Positions 37,713-47,901 of a stretch of 64,000 bases of DNA are shown in pieces. The notes beneath the pieces were generated by a model. The model did no database searches. It saw only the letters and a list, made by a program, of their open reading frames with translations, and was not told the origin of the DNA. The stretch's first letter is position 1. The number at the start of each line of letters is the position of its first letter. Location: NCBI GenBank assembly GCA_964590105.1, contig CAZPYM010000002.1, positions 154,697-218,696 on the forward strand, given 5' to 3'. Made by a program: the position numbers and the translations under genes. The stretch comes from an uncultured Gammaproteobacteria bacterium. GTDB lineage: Bacteria > Patescibacteriota > Patescibacteriia > UBA11705 > JABHMO01.

Positions 37713-39230
37713 TTATCTAGCGTATTCGATTACCCGATTCTCCCGAATAACCGTAACTTTAATCTCGCCGGGATATTTGAGTTCTTCTTCGATTTCTTTG
37801 GCAATATCCTGCGCCAGTTTTTCGGCCTGCATGTCTGAAATTTTACCCGGTTCCACAAACACGCGAACTTCGCGGCCGGCCTGAATGGCGTATGTCTTTT
37901 CCACGCCTTCATGACGTTTGGCAATGTTCTCCAGTTCATCCAGTCTTTGCAGATATCTTTCATAAGTATCTTTTCTGGCTCCCGGTCGCGCGCCGGAAAT
38001 GGCGTCAGCCACTTTGACAATAACTGATTCCAGAGTCGGCGGCTTGTCCTCATGATGATTCAGAATCGGTTGGATTATTTCATCAGGCAGATTAAATTTC
38101 TTGGCAATATCGCGTCCGATTTCTGGATGAGTGCCCTGAATCTCATGGTCAACAGCTTTACCAATATCGTGAAGAAAGCCCGCCTTTCTGGCCACGGCTA
38201 CATTGGCGCCAAGTTCCTGCGCCAACAGAGCGGAGAGATGCGCGACTTCAATTGAATGTTGCAAAACATTTTGGCCGTAGCTTGTTCTGTATTTCAGTCG
38301 GCCGACAATCTGCACCAGCTTTGGATCCAGGCCGGCAACGCCGACTTCGTAGCAAGCGTCTTCGCCGGCTTTTTTTATTTCTAGGGCGATTTCTTTTTTT
38401 GCTTCTTCAATAGCTTCTTCAATTCTCGCCGGATGAATGCGTCCGTCTAGAATTAATTTTTCCAGGGCGCGTTTGGCCACGTGCCTTCTGATCGGACTGA
38501 AGCCGGAAATGGTAATAACTTGCGGCGTGTCGTCAACTACAATTTCTACGCCGGTTAATTGTTCTATAGTGCGAATATTTCTTCCTTCGCGGCCGATGAT
38601 CCTGCCCTTCATTTCATCTGACGGCAGGTCAAGTACAGTAGTGGTAGCTTCAACCGCGTGATTCACTGAACAACGCTGAATAACCAGAGCCAGGCGTTTC
38701 TTGGCTTCGCGATCCAATTCAACGGAATTTTCTTCGTCCAGTTTTTTAATGCGGTTTAAGAGTACTTCTCCCATTTCTCGCTCTACATTTTCCAGGAGAA
38801 CTTTTTTGGCTTCTTCCTTATTTAAACCGGCGATTTTTTCTAATTTTTCCAACTGTTCTTTTTTAATTTGCAGAACCTGCTCTTTGATCTGTTCAATTTG
38901 CTTGCCTTTATCCTGGAGTTTAGTTGTTTTTGATTCCAGGTCTAATAATTTTTCATCAAAAAGAGTTTCTCTTTTTTCCAGCCTTGCCTGCATTGATTTT
39001 AATTCATTGCGTCGACTGGTTTCTTCTTTTTTGGCTTCATCAATGATTTCCAGCGCTTTGTCTTTGGCTGTAATCAAGATTTCTTTTTCTTTGGCTTTGG
39101 TCTCATTAATCAAGTTCTGCATCTTTGCTTCGAGCGACGCAGATTCAACCTGGGCAACTTTTTTTCTAATAAAATAGCCGATAATCAAACCGATTATCAG
39201 GCCGATTCCAATAGTGATCGGATACATCAT
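37713..39230 (-). CDS. rny: Ribonuclease Y
   Basis: TM, coiled coil, KH (MKGRIIGREGRNIR) and HD (LHDIGK). Confidence 0.99.
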   Translation of the reverse strand: MMYPITIGIGLIIGLIIGYFIRKKVAQVESASLEAKMQNLINETKAKEKEILITAKDKALEIIDEAKKEETSRRNELKSMQARLEKRETLFDEKLLDLESKTTKLQDKGKQIEQIKEQVLQIKKEQLEKLEKIAGLNKEEAKKVLLENVEREMGEVLLNRIKKLDEENSVELDREAKKRLALVIQRCSVNHAVEATTTVLDLPSDEMKGRIIGREGRNIRTIEQLTGVEIVVDDTPQVITISGFSPIRRHVAKRALEKLILDGRIHPARIEEAIEEAKKEIALEIKKAGEDACYEVGVAGLDPKLVQIVGRLKYRTSYGQNVLQHSIEVAHLSALLAQELGANVAVARKAGFLHDIGKAVDHEIQGTHPEIGRDIAKKFNLPDEIIQPILNHHEDKPPTLESVIVKVADAISGARPGARKDTYERYLQRLDELENIAKRHEGVEKTYAIQAGREVRVFVEPGKISDMQAEKLAQDIAKEIEEELKYPGEIKVTVIRENRVIEYAR

Positions 39231-39253
39231 ATTTATTCCTTGCTTTGTTTACA

Positions 39254-39428
39254 AGGAAGTTTTGTAGCAGAAGCGTAGTAGAAGATCAATAAAAATACCC
39301 CGTGCGTTATTCCGGAAAAACAGAAGATTGAATTGTAAGTTCCAAAATCTTCATGGAATTATATCTACCGGCAAAGGGTAGTGAAGTGGAATAGATTAAA
39401 GAAAAGCTAATTCTGGCTAAAACTTCCT
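39254..39428 (-). ncRNA. Candidate 6S RNA
   Basis: 175-nt rod: AGGAAGTTTT/AAAACTTCCT closing stem, large central bubble, apical stems; TTGACA-17-TATACT promoter at 39499-39471; lies upstream of rny. Confidence 0.5.
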
Positions 39429-39571
39429 ATGCTTACAAAAGCAGATAGATTATTAATTATCTGTAAATCGAGTATAGCAAAGAGCCCCGCGCGTGTCAAT
39501 ATGGCAGATTGACAAATATTTTATAAATTGTTAATATGCAAAAAGTTTGTCAGCAACAAAAAGGAGGAGAG

Positions 39572-39874
39572 ATGGGCAAGAAAGGTAGAGACGAAGTAAT
39601 CCTTTTTATTGTTACAACTGGCGGCGCAGCTGGCATGGAAAAGGTCTGTTTCATGCTTGAATTTGATGAAGTGGAAAAACCACTGGTTCCGGTTGCCAAC
39701 GTGCATACGTATTTGAAAGGAATGGGTTACCGGCTGACCGGCCGTGCGGAAACTGAGCTGGCTATTCCGGTTGCGGCCATGATTCGACTGAAAGGAAAAG
39801 AAAAAGTAAGCAGGGAGGCGGAATTTACGCTGTCCGGTCAGGCAATCATGGAAATTTGGAAAAGACCTTCATAA
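39572..39874 (+). CDS. Hypothetical protein
   Basis: TTGACA-17-TAATAT (39509-39537), AAGGAGGAGAG SD, terminator 39879-39910. Confidence 0.75.
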   Translation: MGKKGRDEVILFIVTTGGAAGMEKVCFMLEFDEVEKPLVPVANVHTYLKGMGYRLTGRAETELAIPVAAMIRLKGKEKVSREAEFTLSGQAIMEIWKRPS

Positions 39875-39924
39875 CTCAAAACCGACCCCGCAACAGCGGA
39901 GTCGGTTTTTCTATTTTCAGGAAG

Positions 39925-41178
39925 TTATTCTTTTGTTTCTTCTGCTTCTTTATCCTTTTTGTCTTCTTGCGCCTCTTTGTCATCCCGAGCGATCCCGCCT
40001 TTGGCGGGAGAGTCGAGGGATTCTTCAGCATCTCTATCTCCTTTAACTTCTTTATCTTCTTTTTCCGGCTTTTTGCCATCCATTGATTTGATGCTCAGTC
40101 CGAGCCGGTGTTCAGTAGGTTCAATGGAAACAATTCTGAATTTCATGGTGGTTCCTGGTACAGCAAAGCCTTCGGTAGAGTCAATTTTTTTGTCGGATAG
40201 TTCTGAAATATGCGCCAGTCCGTGAATATCTTCATCAAGTTGTACAAATAGTCCGAAGGGAGTTGCTTTCAGTATGATTCCCTCCACAACGTCGTCAACT
40301 TTGTATTTGTCGTGGATGTTTTCCCATGGATCTTTTTTCAGCTTTTTGCTTGACAAGAATATTTTTGAACCTTCGATTTTAATGATTTCTGCTTTTATCG
40401 CATCACCGACTTTAAATAGATCAGCCGGATTTTCAATTCTCTGCCAGGCTAGCTCTGAGATATGAATCAATCCTTCCAGCTTGTCGCCGAATTCCACGAA
40501 CACGCCAAAGTCAGTGACCGCAGTAATTGTTCCTTCCACTATTTCGCCTACGGAAAATTTGCCAAGCACGTCTTTTTGTGTTTCTTCCCAGGCCGCTTTT
40601 TCAGAAACAATCAGTTTTTCGTTTTCCGCATTGGCGTCTAGAACCTTGACAGGAAAACTTTGGCCGATATAGCTTTTCAATCTTTCCAAGATTTTATTCT
40701 TGTCGCCACCTTGAACGCGCGGGTAGAATTCCGGACTTAGCTGGGACACCGGCAAAAATCCGGGGACACTGTTGATCGTTACCAGGAGGCCGCCCTTATT
40801 GGCGTCAATGATTTTGGCCTGCACTGTTTCATTGCTGTCTTTTGATTTTTGTAAAGCTGACCAAGTGCGCTGATGCCCGGCGTAGCGGAAAGAGAGTTCC
40901 ATCTGGCCTTGTTCGTTTTCCAGTTCAATTACAGTGGCTTCTGTTTCGTCTCCGGATTTCAAACTGGCGAATTCATCGGATTCATTATAAAGTTCTTTGC
41001 CTCGGATAATGCCGGTAATAATTCCATTAAAATCAATTAGGACTTCTTTTTTTGAAGCAGATATAACTACGCCCTTGATAATATCGCCTTCTTTGGGCAG
41101 GGTTTTTATCGCCGCATCTTGCTCCAGTAGAGAATTCATGGGAGAAGCTGGATCTGGTTTTACAAATTTTTTAGCCAT
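39925..41178 (-). CDS. rpsA: 30S ribosomal protein S1 (four S1 domains)
   Basis: NKGGL, GFLPVSQL, DFGVFV, GLIHISELAW and GLAHISELS. Confidence 0.95.
   Translation of the reverse strand: MAKKFVKPDPASPMNSLLEQDAAIKTLPKEGDIIKGVVISASKKEVLIDFNGIITGIIRGKELYNESDEFASLKSGDETEATVIELENEQGQMELSFRYAGHQRTWSALQKSKDSNETVQAKIIDANKGGLLVTINSVPGFLPVSQLSPEFYPRVQGGDKNKILERLKSYIGQSFPVKVLDANAENEKLIVSEKAAWEETQKDVLGKFSVGEIVEGTITAVTDFGVFVEFGDKLEGLIHISELAWQRIENPADLFKVGDAIKAEIIKIEGSKIFLSSKKLKKDPWENIHDKYKVDDVVEGIILKATPFGLFVQLDEDIHGLAHISELSDKKIDSTEGFAVPGTTMKFRIVSIEPTEHRLGLSIKSMDGKKPEKEDKEVKGDRDAEESLDSPAKGGIARDDKEAQEDKKDKEAEETKE
39974..40022 (-). repeat. Palindromic element embedded in frame in rpsA
   Basis: 43/49 nt identical to 60787-60835 in ftsH; internal hairpin TCCCGCC/GGCGGGA. 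Confidence 0.85.
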
Positions 41179-41501
41179 TTTATTATTACTCCTTTCGTAA
41201 GTGTGGTTGCGAAGCTTTCTTTTGTAACAGCTTCCTTATAAAAAAGTCCACTCTAAGGTGGATTTTTGGTAAAATAAATTTTCCTAGATTAGAGTTATGA
41301 ATTAGATAAGATATTAAGGACTTTGATATCAATTGGTATTCTAGCTTATTAATAAATGATTGTCAAGGGTTTTACGGACGGCTTGAGCGCGGGCTGAATT
41401 GCAGGCAATCACAATTGATAAGTCAAGGGTGGCTTTTGTATTTACTTTTCTAAATAATTATGCTAAAATGTTTTTAGAAATTTACTAATATAATAAAAGA
41501 T

Positions 41502-42161
41502 ATGAACATTAGTTGGTTGGGGCATTCTTGTTTTAAAATGGAGGAAAAAATCGGTAGTCAATTGGTTACGATAATTACTGACCCTTATGATGACAGTGTC
41601 GGTTTTCGCCTGCCGAAAATGAAGGCGGACTTGGTTTCAGTCAGCCACGATCATTTTGATCATGCTAATTCGGCGGCAGTGTCGGGAATTGACAGCGCTT
41701 TGCCGATTGTAATTGACCGGCCGGGTGAATATGAAGTCAAGGGCGTGTTTGTCCAGGGCATTGGCGCTTATCATGACAAAAAACAGGGCGCAGAACGCGG
41801 TAAGTCAGTGATGTTTATGTTTGACATCGGCGGAATAAACGTCCTGCACTTGGGGGATCTTGGCACTACCCTGTCCGATCAGCAATTGGAAAAAATAGAC
41901 GATATTGATATTTTGCTGATCCCGGTCGGAGGTAATTATACGATCAATGCCAAAGAAGCGGCTGAAGTCGTGCGTCAGCTCGAGCCGCGGATTGTTATTC
42001 CAATGCACTACAAAATTCCAGGGCTTAAGATTGACATTGAGGGCGTGGAAAATTTCAAAAAAGAAATGGGTGGCAAAGCGGAAACATTAAATAAATTAAA
42101 AGTTAATAAAAAAGAATTGCCTCAAGATGAATGCCGGCTAGTACTTTTGGAAAAAACATAA
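41502..42161 (+). CDS. MBL-fold metallohydrolase
   Basis: LGHSCF, SHDHFDHA, HLGDLG and IPMHY. Confidence 0.94.
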   Translation: MNISWLGHSCFKMEEKIGSQLVTIITDPYDDSVGFRLPKMKADLVSVSHDHFDHANSAAVSGIDSALPIVIDRPGEYEVKGVFVQGIGAYHDKKQGAERGKSVMFMFDIGGINVLHLGDLGTTLSDQQLEKIDDIDILLIPVGGNYTINAKEAAEVVRQLEPRIVIPMHYKIPGLKIDIEGVENFKKEMGGKAETLNKLKVNKKELPQDECRLVLLEKT

Positions 42162-42179
42162 ACATAAAAATAAAAATAT

Positions 42180-42554
42180 ATGAAGGAAAAAGATCCAAAT
42201 GCCAAATATTTAACTCTGTGGTTGTGCGTGATTGTTTCCGCCGGCATAATTTTTTCCGGCTGGCTGTTTTCTGTTAAGTACAATTTTAAAAAGATTAATG
42301 ACCAGATGCAGAACAATGGAGCGACTATAGAGAAAGCAACTGCCGAGATGGAAGATATGTTTGCTGGGATGAATGTGCAGCTGGAAAAAGCTTCCGAGCA
42401 ATTGAAGGAAGTTGAAAAAAACCTGGGAGAAGAGCCGGTTGAGCAGGCAATTAAACCTGCAGAGGAAATTACGGCAAGCGATGAAGTTGTTGTTCCAGCG
42501 GATCAAGATGTTACAAAAGACGAAGGCGTTGCGTTGGAGGAGCCCAAAGAATAA
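42180..42554 (+). CDS. Hypothetical single-TM coiled-coil protein
   Basis: Operonic between the MBL gene and gyrA. Confidence 0.7.
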   Translation: MKEKDPNAKYLTLWLCVIVSAGIIFSGWLFSVKYNFKKINDQMQNNGATIEKATAEMEDMFAGMNVQLEKASEQLKEVEKNLGEEPVEQAIKPAEEITASDEVVVPADQDVTKDEGVALEEPKE

Positions 42555-42619
42555 TTAACAGATTATTAGCTTTACCTGTCAAATGGAGCGGGTAATTCTT
42601 GTTTACATAGACAAATAGT

Positions 42620-45130
42620 ATGAAAAAAAGTAATGAAAAAAAGAGCGAGCCAAAAGTGCCGGAGAAACCAAGAGACCAAATTGAGGATGTTTCGATTGTT
42701 GATGAAATGGAAAATAGTTATATTGACTACGCCATGTCGGTTATCGTTTCGCGTGCACTGCCTGATGTTCGCGATGGTTTGAAACCGGTTCACCGCAGAA
42801 TTCTTTATGCCATGTGGAATATCGGTTTGAAACCCAGCGCCAAATTTCGTAAATCAGCTACCGTGGTCGGTGAAGTGCTCGGCAAATATCATCCTCATGG
42901 CGATCAGGCTGTTTATGATTCTATGGCTAGAATGGCTCAGGATTTTAATATGCGCTACATGCTTGTTCACGGCCAAGGTAACTTCGGCTCAATGGACGGT
43001 GATCGCCCGGCGGCAATGCGTTATACTGAAGCCAAATTGCGAGCGATTTCCGAGGAACTTTTGATTGATTTGGAAAAAGACACAGTTAATTTTATTCCCA
43101 ATTACGACGGCACGCAAAAAGAGCCGAGCGTCCTGCCGGCCAAATTGCCTCATTTGCTTTTGAATGGCAGTGTGGGGATCGCAGTTGGTATGGCGACAAA
43201 AATTCCGCCGCATAATCTGACCGAAATTTGCGACGCGGTCTGCCATCAAATTGACAATCCTGATTGCGAGGCGGAGAGTTTGATGGAATACATCAAGGGC
43301 CCTGATTTCCCGACCGGCGGAATTATTTATGATACCGAAGAAATCAAAAGAGCGTATACCACGGGCAAAGGCAAGATCGTAATGCGCGGTAAAACTGAAA
43401 TTGTTGAAGAAAAACAAGGCCAATTTAGAATTATAATTTCAGAAATTCCTTATCAAGTAAATAAGGCTACTTTATTGGAAAAAATTGCTGAATTCGTCAA
43501 AATTAAAAGGTTGGAAGGTATAAAGGACGTGCGCGACGAGTCAAATAAAGAAGGCGTGCGCATTGTCATTGAGCTGAAGCGTGACGCTTATCCGAAAAAA
43601 GTATTGAACAGGCTGTTCAAGTTGACGCCGCTCCAAAGTAATTTTGACGTTAATATGCTGGCGCTCACAGGCGACCTCCAACCAAAGGTGATGAATTTAA
43701 AAGATATTCTGGGCTATTATTTGGAACATCGGAAGGAAGTGGTGCGACGGCGGACAGCTTTTGAATTAAGAAAAGCAGAAGAGCGGGCGCATATTTTGGA
43801 GGGATTGAAAAAAGCCATTGATAATATTGACGCCATTATTAAATTAATTAAAAAATCAAAAGACAGAGAAACCGCCAAACAAAATTTAATTAAGCAATTT
43901 AAATTTACCGAAGTGCAGGCAGTGGCGATTTTGGAAATGCGTTTGCAAAATTTGGCCAATCTCGAAAGAATAAAAATTGAAGACGAGCTAAAAGAGAAAA
44001 AACAAACAATCAAGGAGCTGAAAGAATTATTATCGTCTGAAAAGAGAATATTGGGAGTGATTAAGTCCGAGTTGATTGAGATCAAGGAAAAATTTGGTGA
44101 TGAACGCAAGACAAAAATAATAAAATCAGCGGTCGGTGAATTTTCACAAGAAGATTTAGTGCCCAATGAACCGATGTTGGTCATGGTGACGCATGATGGG
44201 TATATTAAAAGAATGCCTGTTGATACTTTCAAAGTTCAACAGCGCGGCGGCAAGGGCGTGATCGGATTGACAACAAAAGAAGAAGACGTGGTGGATCTAT
44301 TATTTAGCACCACAACTCATAATAATTTACTGTTCTTTACTTCGGTCGGCCGAGTGTTTCGCTTGAAAGCTTATGAATTGCCGATTGGCCAGAGGACAGC
44401 CAAGGGACAGGCGCTGGTAAACTTTTTGCAGCTGGGTCCTGACGAAAAAGTAACTGAGATATTGCCGATCAAAGATCAAACTGCGATGAAATATCTTTTC
44501 ATGGCAACGGAAAACGGCACGATCAAAAAAACACCGATTGAAGACTTTAATAATGTTAGGCGTTCCGGTCTGATCGCTATTAAACTTAAACCTGCCGATC
44601 GCTTGCGCTGGGTGAGTCTGACTGACGGCACAAAAGAAATAATGCTTATTTCCGCGCGTGGCCAGGCAATCAGATTTAGTGAAGAAGATGCCAGAGCAAT
44701 GGGTAGAACAGCTTCCGGTGTGAGAGGAATGAGACTCAAGCAGGGAGACAAATTGGTTGGCGTCGGCCTAATCAGTCCGGACAAAGCCAAGGAACTGCAG
44801 GTTTTAACCATTTCTGAAAATGGTTTTGGCAAACGCACTGATCTGGAGTTTTATAAAGTGCAAAATCGTGGCGGCGGCGGCATCAGAACATTGAAAGTTT
44901 CAACCAAGACAGGGAAAGTTGTTAAAGGCCTGGTAATTAATAAGGCGGAGAGCATTGAAGATGATATTTTGGTTATTTCAAATCACGGTCAAGCTATTCG
45001 CATGCCATATAAAACAATTAGCGAGCTCGGAAGAGACACGCAGGGCGTGCGCCTGATGCGATTCAAGGAAGCCGGCGACGCGGTGGCGACTTTTTCCAAA
45101 ATGATAACAGAAGCAAAAAAACGGGAATAA
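42620..45130 (+). CDS. gyrA: DNA gyrase subunit A
   Basis: [25 protein letters not shown] and GyrA box QQRGGKG. Confidence 0.99.
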   Translation: MKKSNEKKSEPKVPEKPRDQIEDVSIVDEMENSYIDYAMSVIVSRALPDVRDGLKPVHRRILYAMWNIGLKPSAKFRKSATVVGEVLGKYHPHGDQAVYDSMARMAQDFNMRYMLVHGQGNFGSMDGDRPAAMRYTEAKLRAISEELLIDLEKDTVNFIPNYDGTQKEPSVLPAKLPHLLLNGSVGIAVGMATKIPPHNLTEICDAVCHQIDNPDCEAESLMEYIKGPDFPTGGIIYDTEEIKRAYTTGKGKIVMRGKTEIVEEKQGQFRIIISEIPYQVNKATLLEKIAEFVKIKRLEGIKDVRDESNKEGVRIVIELKRDAYPKKVLNRLFKLTPLQSNFDVNMLALTGDLQPKVMNLKDILGYYLEHRKEVVRRRTAFELRKAEERAHILEGLKKAIDNIDAIIKLIKKSKDRETAKQNLIKQFKFTEVQAVAILEMRLQNLANLERIKIEDELKEKKQTIKELKELLSSEKRILGVIKSELIEIKEKFGDERKTKIIKSAVGEFSQEDLVPNEPMLVMVTHDGYIKRMPVDTFKVQQRGGKGVIGLTTKEEDVVDLLFSTTTHNNLLFFTSVGRVFRLKAYELPIGQRTAKGQALVNFLQLGPDEKVTEILPIKDQTAMKYLFMATENGTIKKTPIEDFNNVRRSGLIAIKLKPADRLRWVSLTDGTKEIMLISARGQAIRFSEEDARAMGRTASGVRGMRLKQGDKLVGVGLISPDKAKELQVLTISENGFGKRTDLEFYKVQNRGGGGIRTLKVSTKTGKVVKGLVINKAESIEDDILVISNHGQAIRMPYKTISELGRDTQGVRLMRFKEAGDAVATFSKMITEAKKRE

Positions 45131-45160
45131 AGTAAGGCGGTAAAAATATAATTAGATAAA

Positions 45161-45196
45161 AAGTCAGGCGGGCCCTCGAAGGCCGCCTGACTTTTT
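45161..45196 (+). terminator. gyrA terminator
   Basis: aagtcaggcgg...ccgcctgactt followed by T-tract. Confidence 0.85.
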
Positions 45197-45377
45197 AAAT
45201 TTTGCTGTTTCGGCCCCCCCGCTTTTTGATGATTTCAGGACGGCCATTTTTATCTAAAATTGCGGATTTAATTATGGCTAGATTGACAAAACTAGAAAAG
45301 TATGAAAGGATAGAACATCAATGGATGAATGTAACCTTTGATCAGGGAGGAAAAAATGGAAAAAAGCTGAAGTTGAT

Positions 45378-45675
45378 GTGGCGGTGGTGGAATCAGAACT
45401 TTGAAAGTTTCAAGTAAAACAGGAAAGGTAATTCGAGGTGTTGTTGTTGATAAGGAAGAAAATAAAGATTTAGATATTTTAGTAATTTCTTAGAAAGGTC
45501 AAGTAATTAGATTACCATTCAAGAGTATTAGTGAGCTTGGTCGTGATACGCAAGGTGTGCGATTGATGAGATCTAAATAAGCTGGAGATACTGTTGTGAC
45601 TTTTTCACAAATTGTTGGCGAAGGTGATGTGAAAAGGCAGAAATTGAATTGGGTAAAAAGTAAATTAGATAAAAA
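45378..45675 (+). pseudogene. Diverged duplicate of the gyrA 3' end and trailer
   Basis: [17 protein letters not shown]...[37 protein letters not shown]; parallels 44868-45162; stops at 45491 and 45578. Confidence 0.9.
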
Positions 45676-45760
45676 AAAAGAACAAGTTACTTGTTCTTTT
45701 TTTATTTATTAAAAAGAAAGAGGCCAATCGTTTTAGATTGACCTCAATGTTGGCAGGTGG

Positions 45761-45985
45761 TTATGAGTGGAAGAGCTCCACTGTGGCAGGGCTACCAAAA
45801 CGGCTAGATAGGAAAAACTTCCAGGCCCCTTCTTCTTCCATCAGATACCCTTCACTGCGAAGGATATAAGATTTTTCCCCTTTTCTTTTTATAATCCTAA
45901 CTACACGATCAATTCTTTCGTCGGTTTCGTAAGCGAATGGCTTGATAGATGTTTTTACTTCATCGCCCAGTTTTGGAGTGTACAT
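45761..45985 (-). CDS. Small hypothetical protein
   Basis: AAAGGAG SD before ATG 45985. Confidence 0.55.
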   Translation of the reverse strand: MYTPKLGDEVKTSIKPFAYETDERIDRVVRIIKRKGEKSYILRSEGYLMEEEGAWKFFLSSRFGSPATVELFHS

Positions 45986-46046
45986 CAGATCTCCTTTTAA
46001 GAAGAGAACCATGCTAAATTTTCTTAACTTGGTTCAGTGTTAAATA

Positions 46047-46877
46047 CTAGAAACCGTGTTCTTTTAACCACGCCAGAACTTTTGGCGATTTTTCACTTTT
46101 TCCGCAGTCTGGCAAATCTCCGATGACTGCTTTTATTCCTGCGGCTTTAATGCAACCCTCAAGAATTTCACGCGGTACAGAACCTGTGCCTTGTGATGTA
46201 CCACTGAAGATTATTTTCCCATCTTCTTCGTGAGCATATCCACCTCCGATAATGGCGTCGTGACCCTTTCCATCCTTAAAAGATTTTGAAGCAAATTCGT
46301 CTTTTGTAAGTTCAATAGCATATTCCAAAATCGATGAATGACGAAATGCGTCCAGGATGAATAGTTTCACTTCATGCTCAGCAAAAGCCACGATAAATCT
46401 TTTCGCTGACCGTTCTTTGTGGTATCTATCCGTAAAATCAATAAAAGCTTTCTTTTTGAATACAATATCTCCTTTTCGTAATCTGTCTGCACTTTTTCTG
46501 ACCAAAGTTTTTCTTCTTAAAGATATTTCTTCTTTAATCAAGAAAAAGTGAATTTCCGTTAGTGGATCCTTGGATCCTAGAATCCTCATGTAGTCATCCG
46601 CTTTTCTCTCTGATTTTCCCCTTGATTTTTTCAGTTCAAGAAATTTATCAATTAATTTCTTTGTGGTCAATCTCGCAAAGCCAGTGTCAAAACCCCTTAG
46701 AAAGATGACCTCTTCCAGGAAGGCGGCTACTTCTTCTGTCGTTACTTCCGACAGATCTACTTCTTTTATGACTTTGATTAAGTCGTCCAAGGATAATTCC
46801 AGGACCGGGTCAGATACGTCCGGAATTTCTACTCCACGGCACCTGAGACTTGCGATCGTTTCAGATATAAATTTCAT
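46047..46877 (-). CDS. Hypothetical protein, possible C-terminal Janus/PHPT1-like domain
   Basis: Perfect TTGACA-17-TATAAT (46959-46931); RHSSIL...IIGGGY...KIIFSGTSQGTG. Confidence 0.75.
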   Translation of the reverse strand: MKFISETIASLRCRGVEIPDVSDPVLELSLDDLIKVIKEVDLSEVTTEEVAAFLEEVIFLRGFDTGFARLTTKKLIDKFLELKKSRGKSERKADDYMRILGSKDPLTEIHFFLIKEEISLRRKTLVRKSADRLRKGDIVFKKKAFIDFTDRYHKERSAKRFIVAFAEHEVKLFILDAFRHSSILEYAIELTKDEFASKSFKDGKGHDAIIGGGYAHEEDGKIIFSGTSQGTGSVPREILEGCIKAAGIKAVIGDLPDCGKSEKSPKVLAWLKEHGF

Positions 46878-47056
46878 AGTCGCTCCATGTCTTTTTGTTG
46901 TTAAGGATCAGATTTTTATCTTACAAGTGCATTATAACATTAAATTCTCAAATTGTCAATGATTGTGTCGTAATAATTTGACAACAATTTTTTACTTATT
47001 TATAATGTTTATATGGCTATATTTGTTTTTTTGTATAAAATATTTAACTTAATTCT

Positions 47057-47854
47057 ATGAATGATTTATTCTCAATACAAAGTTTATTAAAAGAATTCTC
47101 TTTTTCTGATTCTGAAGCAAGAATTTATTTGGCAATTTTATCTTTAGGCAAAGCTAAAGCAGCGGAAATTGCCATTAAGGCTGATTTAAATAGAACTGCA
47201 GTTTACTCAAGTTTGGAGGGATTAATACAGCGAGGTTTTGTAGCGAAGGTTGAAGTTAATAAAACTTTCCATTTTATGGCTGTTTCACCAACGGAGCTGG
47301 CTACGAAGTTCCAAAGTTTAACTGATGATTTTAAAACTGTTGTGCCTGAGCTAGAGGCTCTGAATAAAGTTGATCGTGAACGACCAATAGTAGAAATTAG
47401 CGAATCACAAATTGGTTATTATAAAGTTTACGAAGAAATTTCCAATTTGCCACAAGACGGTGTTTTTCGAGTGATAGAGGGAAAAGAATCATATTTGCAT
47501 GAGTTGGGGCTTTTGTCTGATCAACAGCTGAATAATTTTTTTAGCAAATTAATTCAAAAGAATATTAAGACGAAAGGGATTTTTACTCGTGAATCTTTGG
47601 GTATCCCTAATTTAAAATTAAATCAGGAAAACTTGGCGTTGGATAAGCAAAGAGATTGGGATATCAAGGTGTTGGATAAAGAAATTTTGCCTTTAGAAGA
47701 TTTAGCTTTGATTTATGGCAATAGAGTTTCATTTTTGTTTCCCAAGTTGTCATTAGTGGTGACTATTCGTCATCAGGCTTTAGTTGATATTTTAATCGCC
47801 ATGTTTGATTGTATTTTTTATTTTGCTGAGGCGGTTCCAGCTCCATGGAAATGA
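47057..47854 (+). CDS. TrmB-family HTH transcriptional regulator
   Basis: EARIYLAILSLG...RTAVYSSLEGLIQRGFV. Confidence 0.9.
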   Translation: MNDLFSIQSLLKEFSFSDSEARIYLAILSLGKAKAAEIAIKADLNRTAVYSSLEGLIQRGFVAKVEVNKTFHFMAVSPTELATKFQSLTDDFKTVVPELEALNKVDRERPIVEISESQIGYYKVYEEISNLPQDGVFRVIEGKESYLHELGLLSDQQLNNFFSKLIQKNIKTKGIFTRESLGIPNLKLNQENLALDKQRDWDIKVLDKEILPLEDLALIYGNRVSFLFPKLSLVVTIRHQALVDILIAMFDCIFYFAEAVPAPWK

Positions 47855-47901
47855 ACGTACCCAAAAACAAAGCCGGTGAGCTTTGTTTTTGGTTTGCGAA
47901 A

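Noticed and set aside
45202-45417. 71-aa ORF after gyrA
   Set aside because: It spans a promoter, an SD and the off-frame gyrA duplicate; TTG start with no RBS.
45491-45580. Stop-codon reassignment suggested by TAG/TAA in the gyrA-like fragment
   Set aside because: TAA, TAG and TGA all end intact genes in this window; the fragment has no start and is better explained as a pseudogene.
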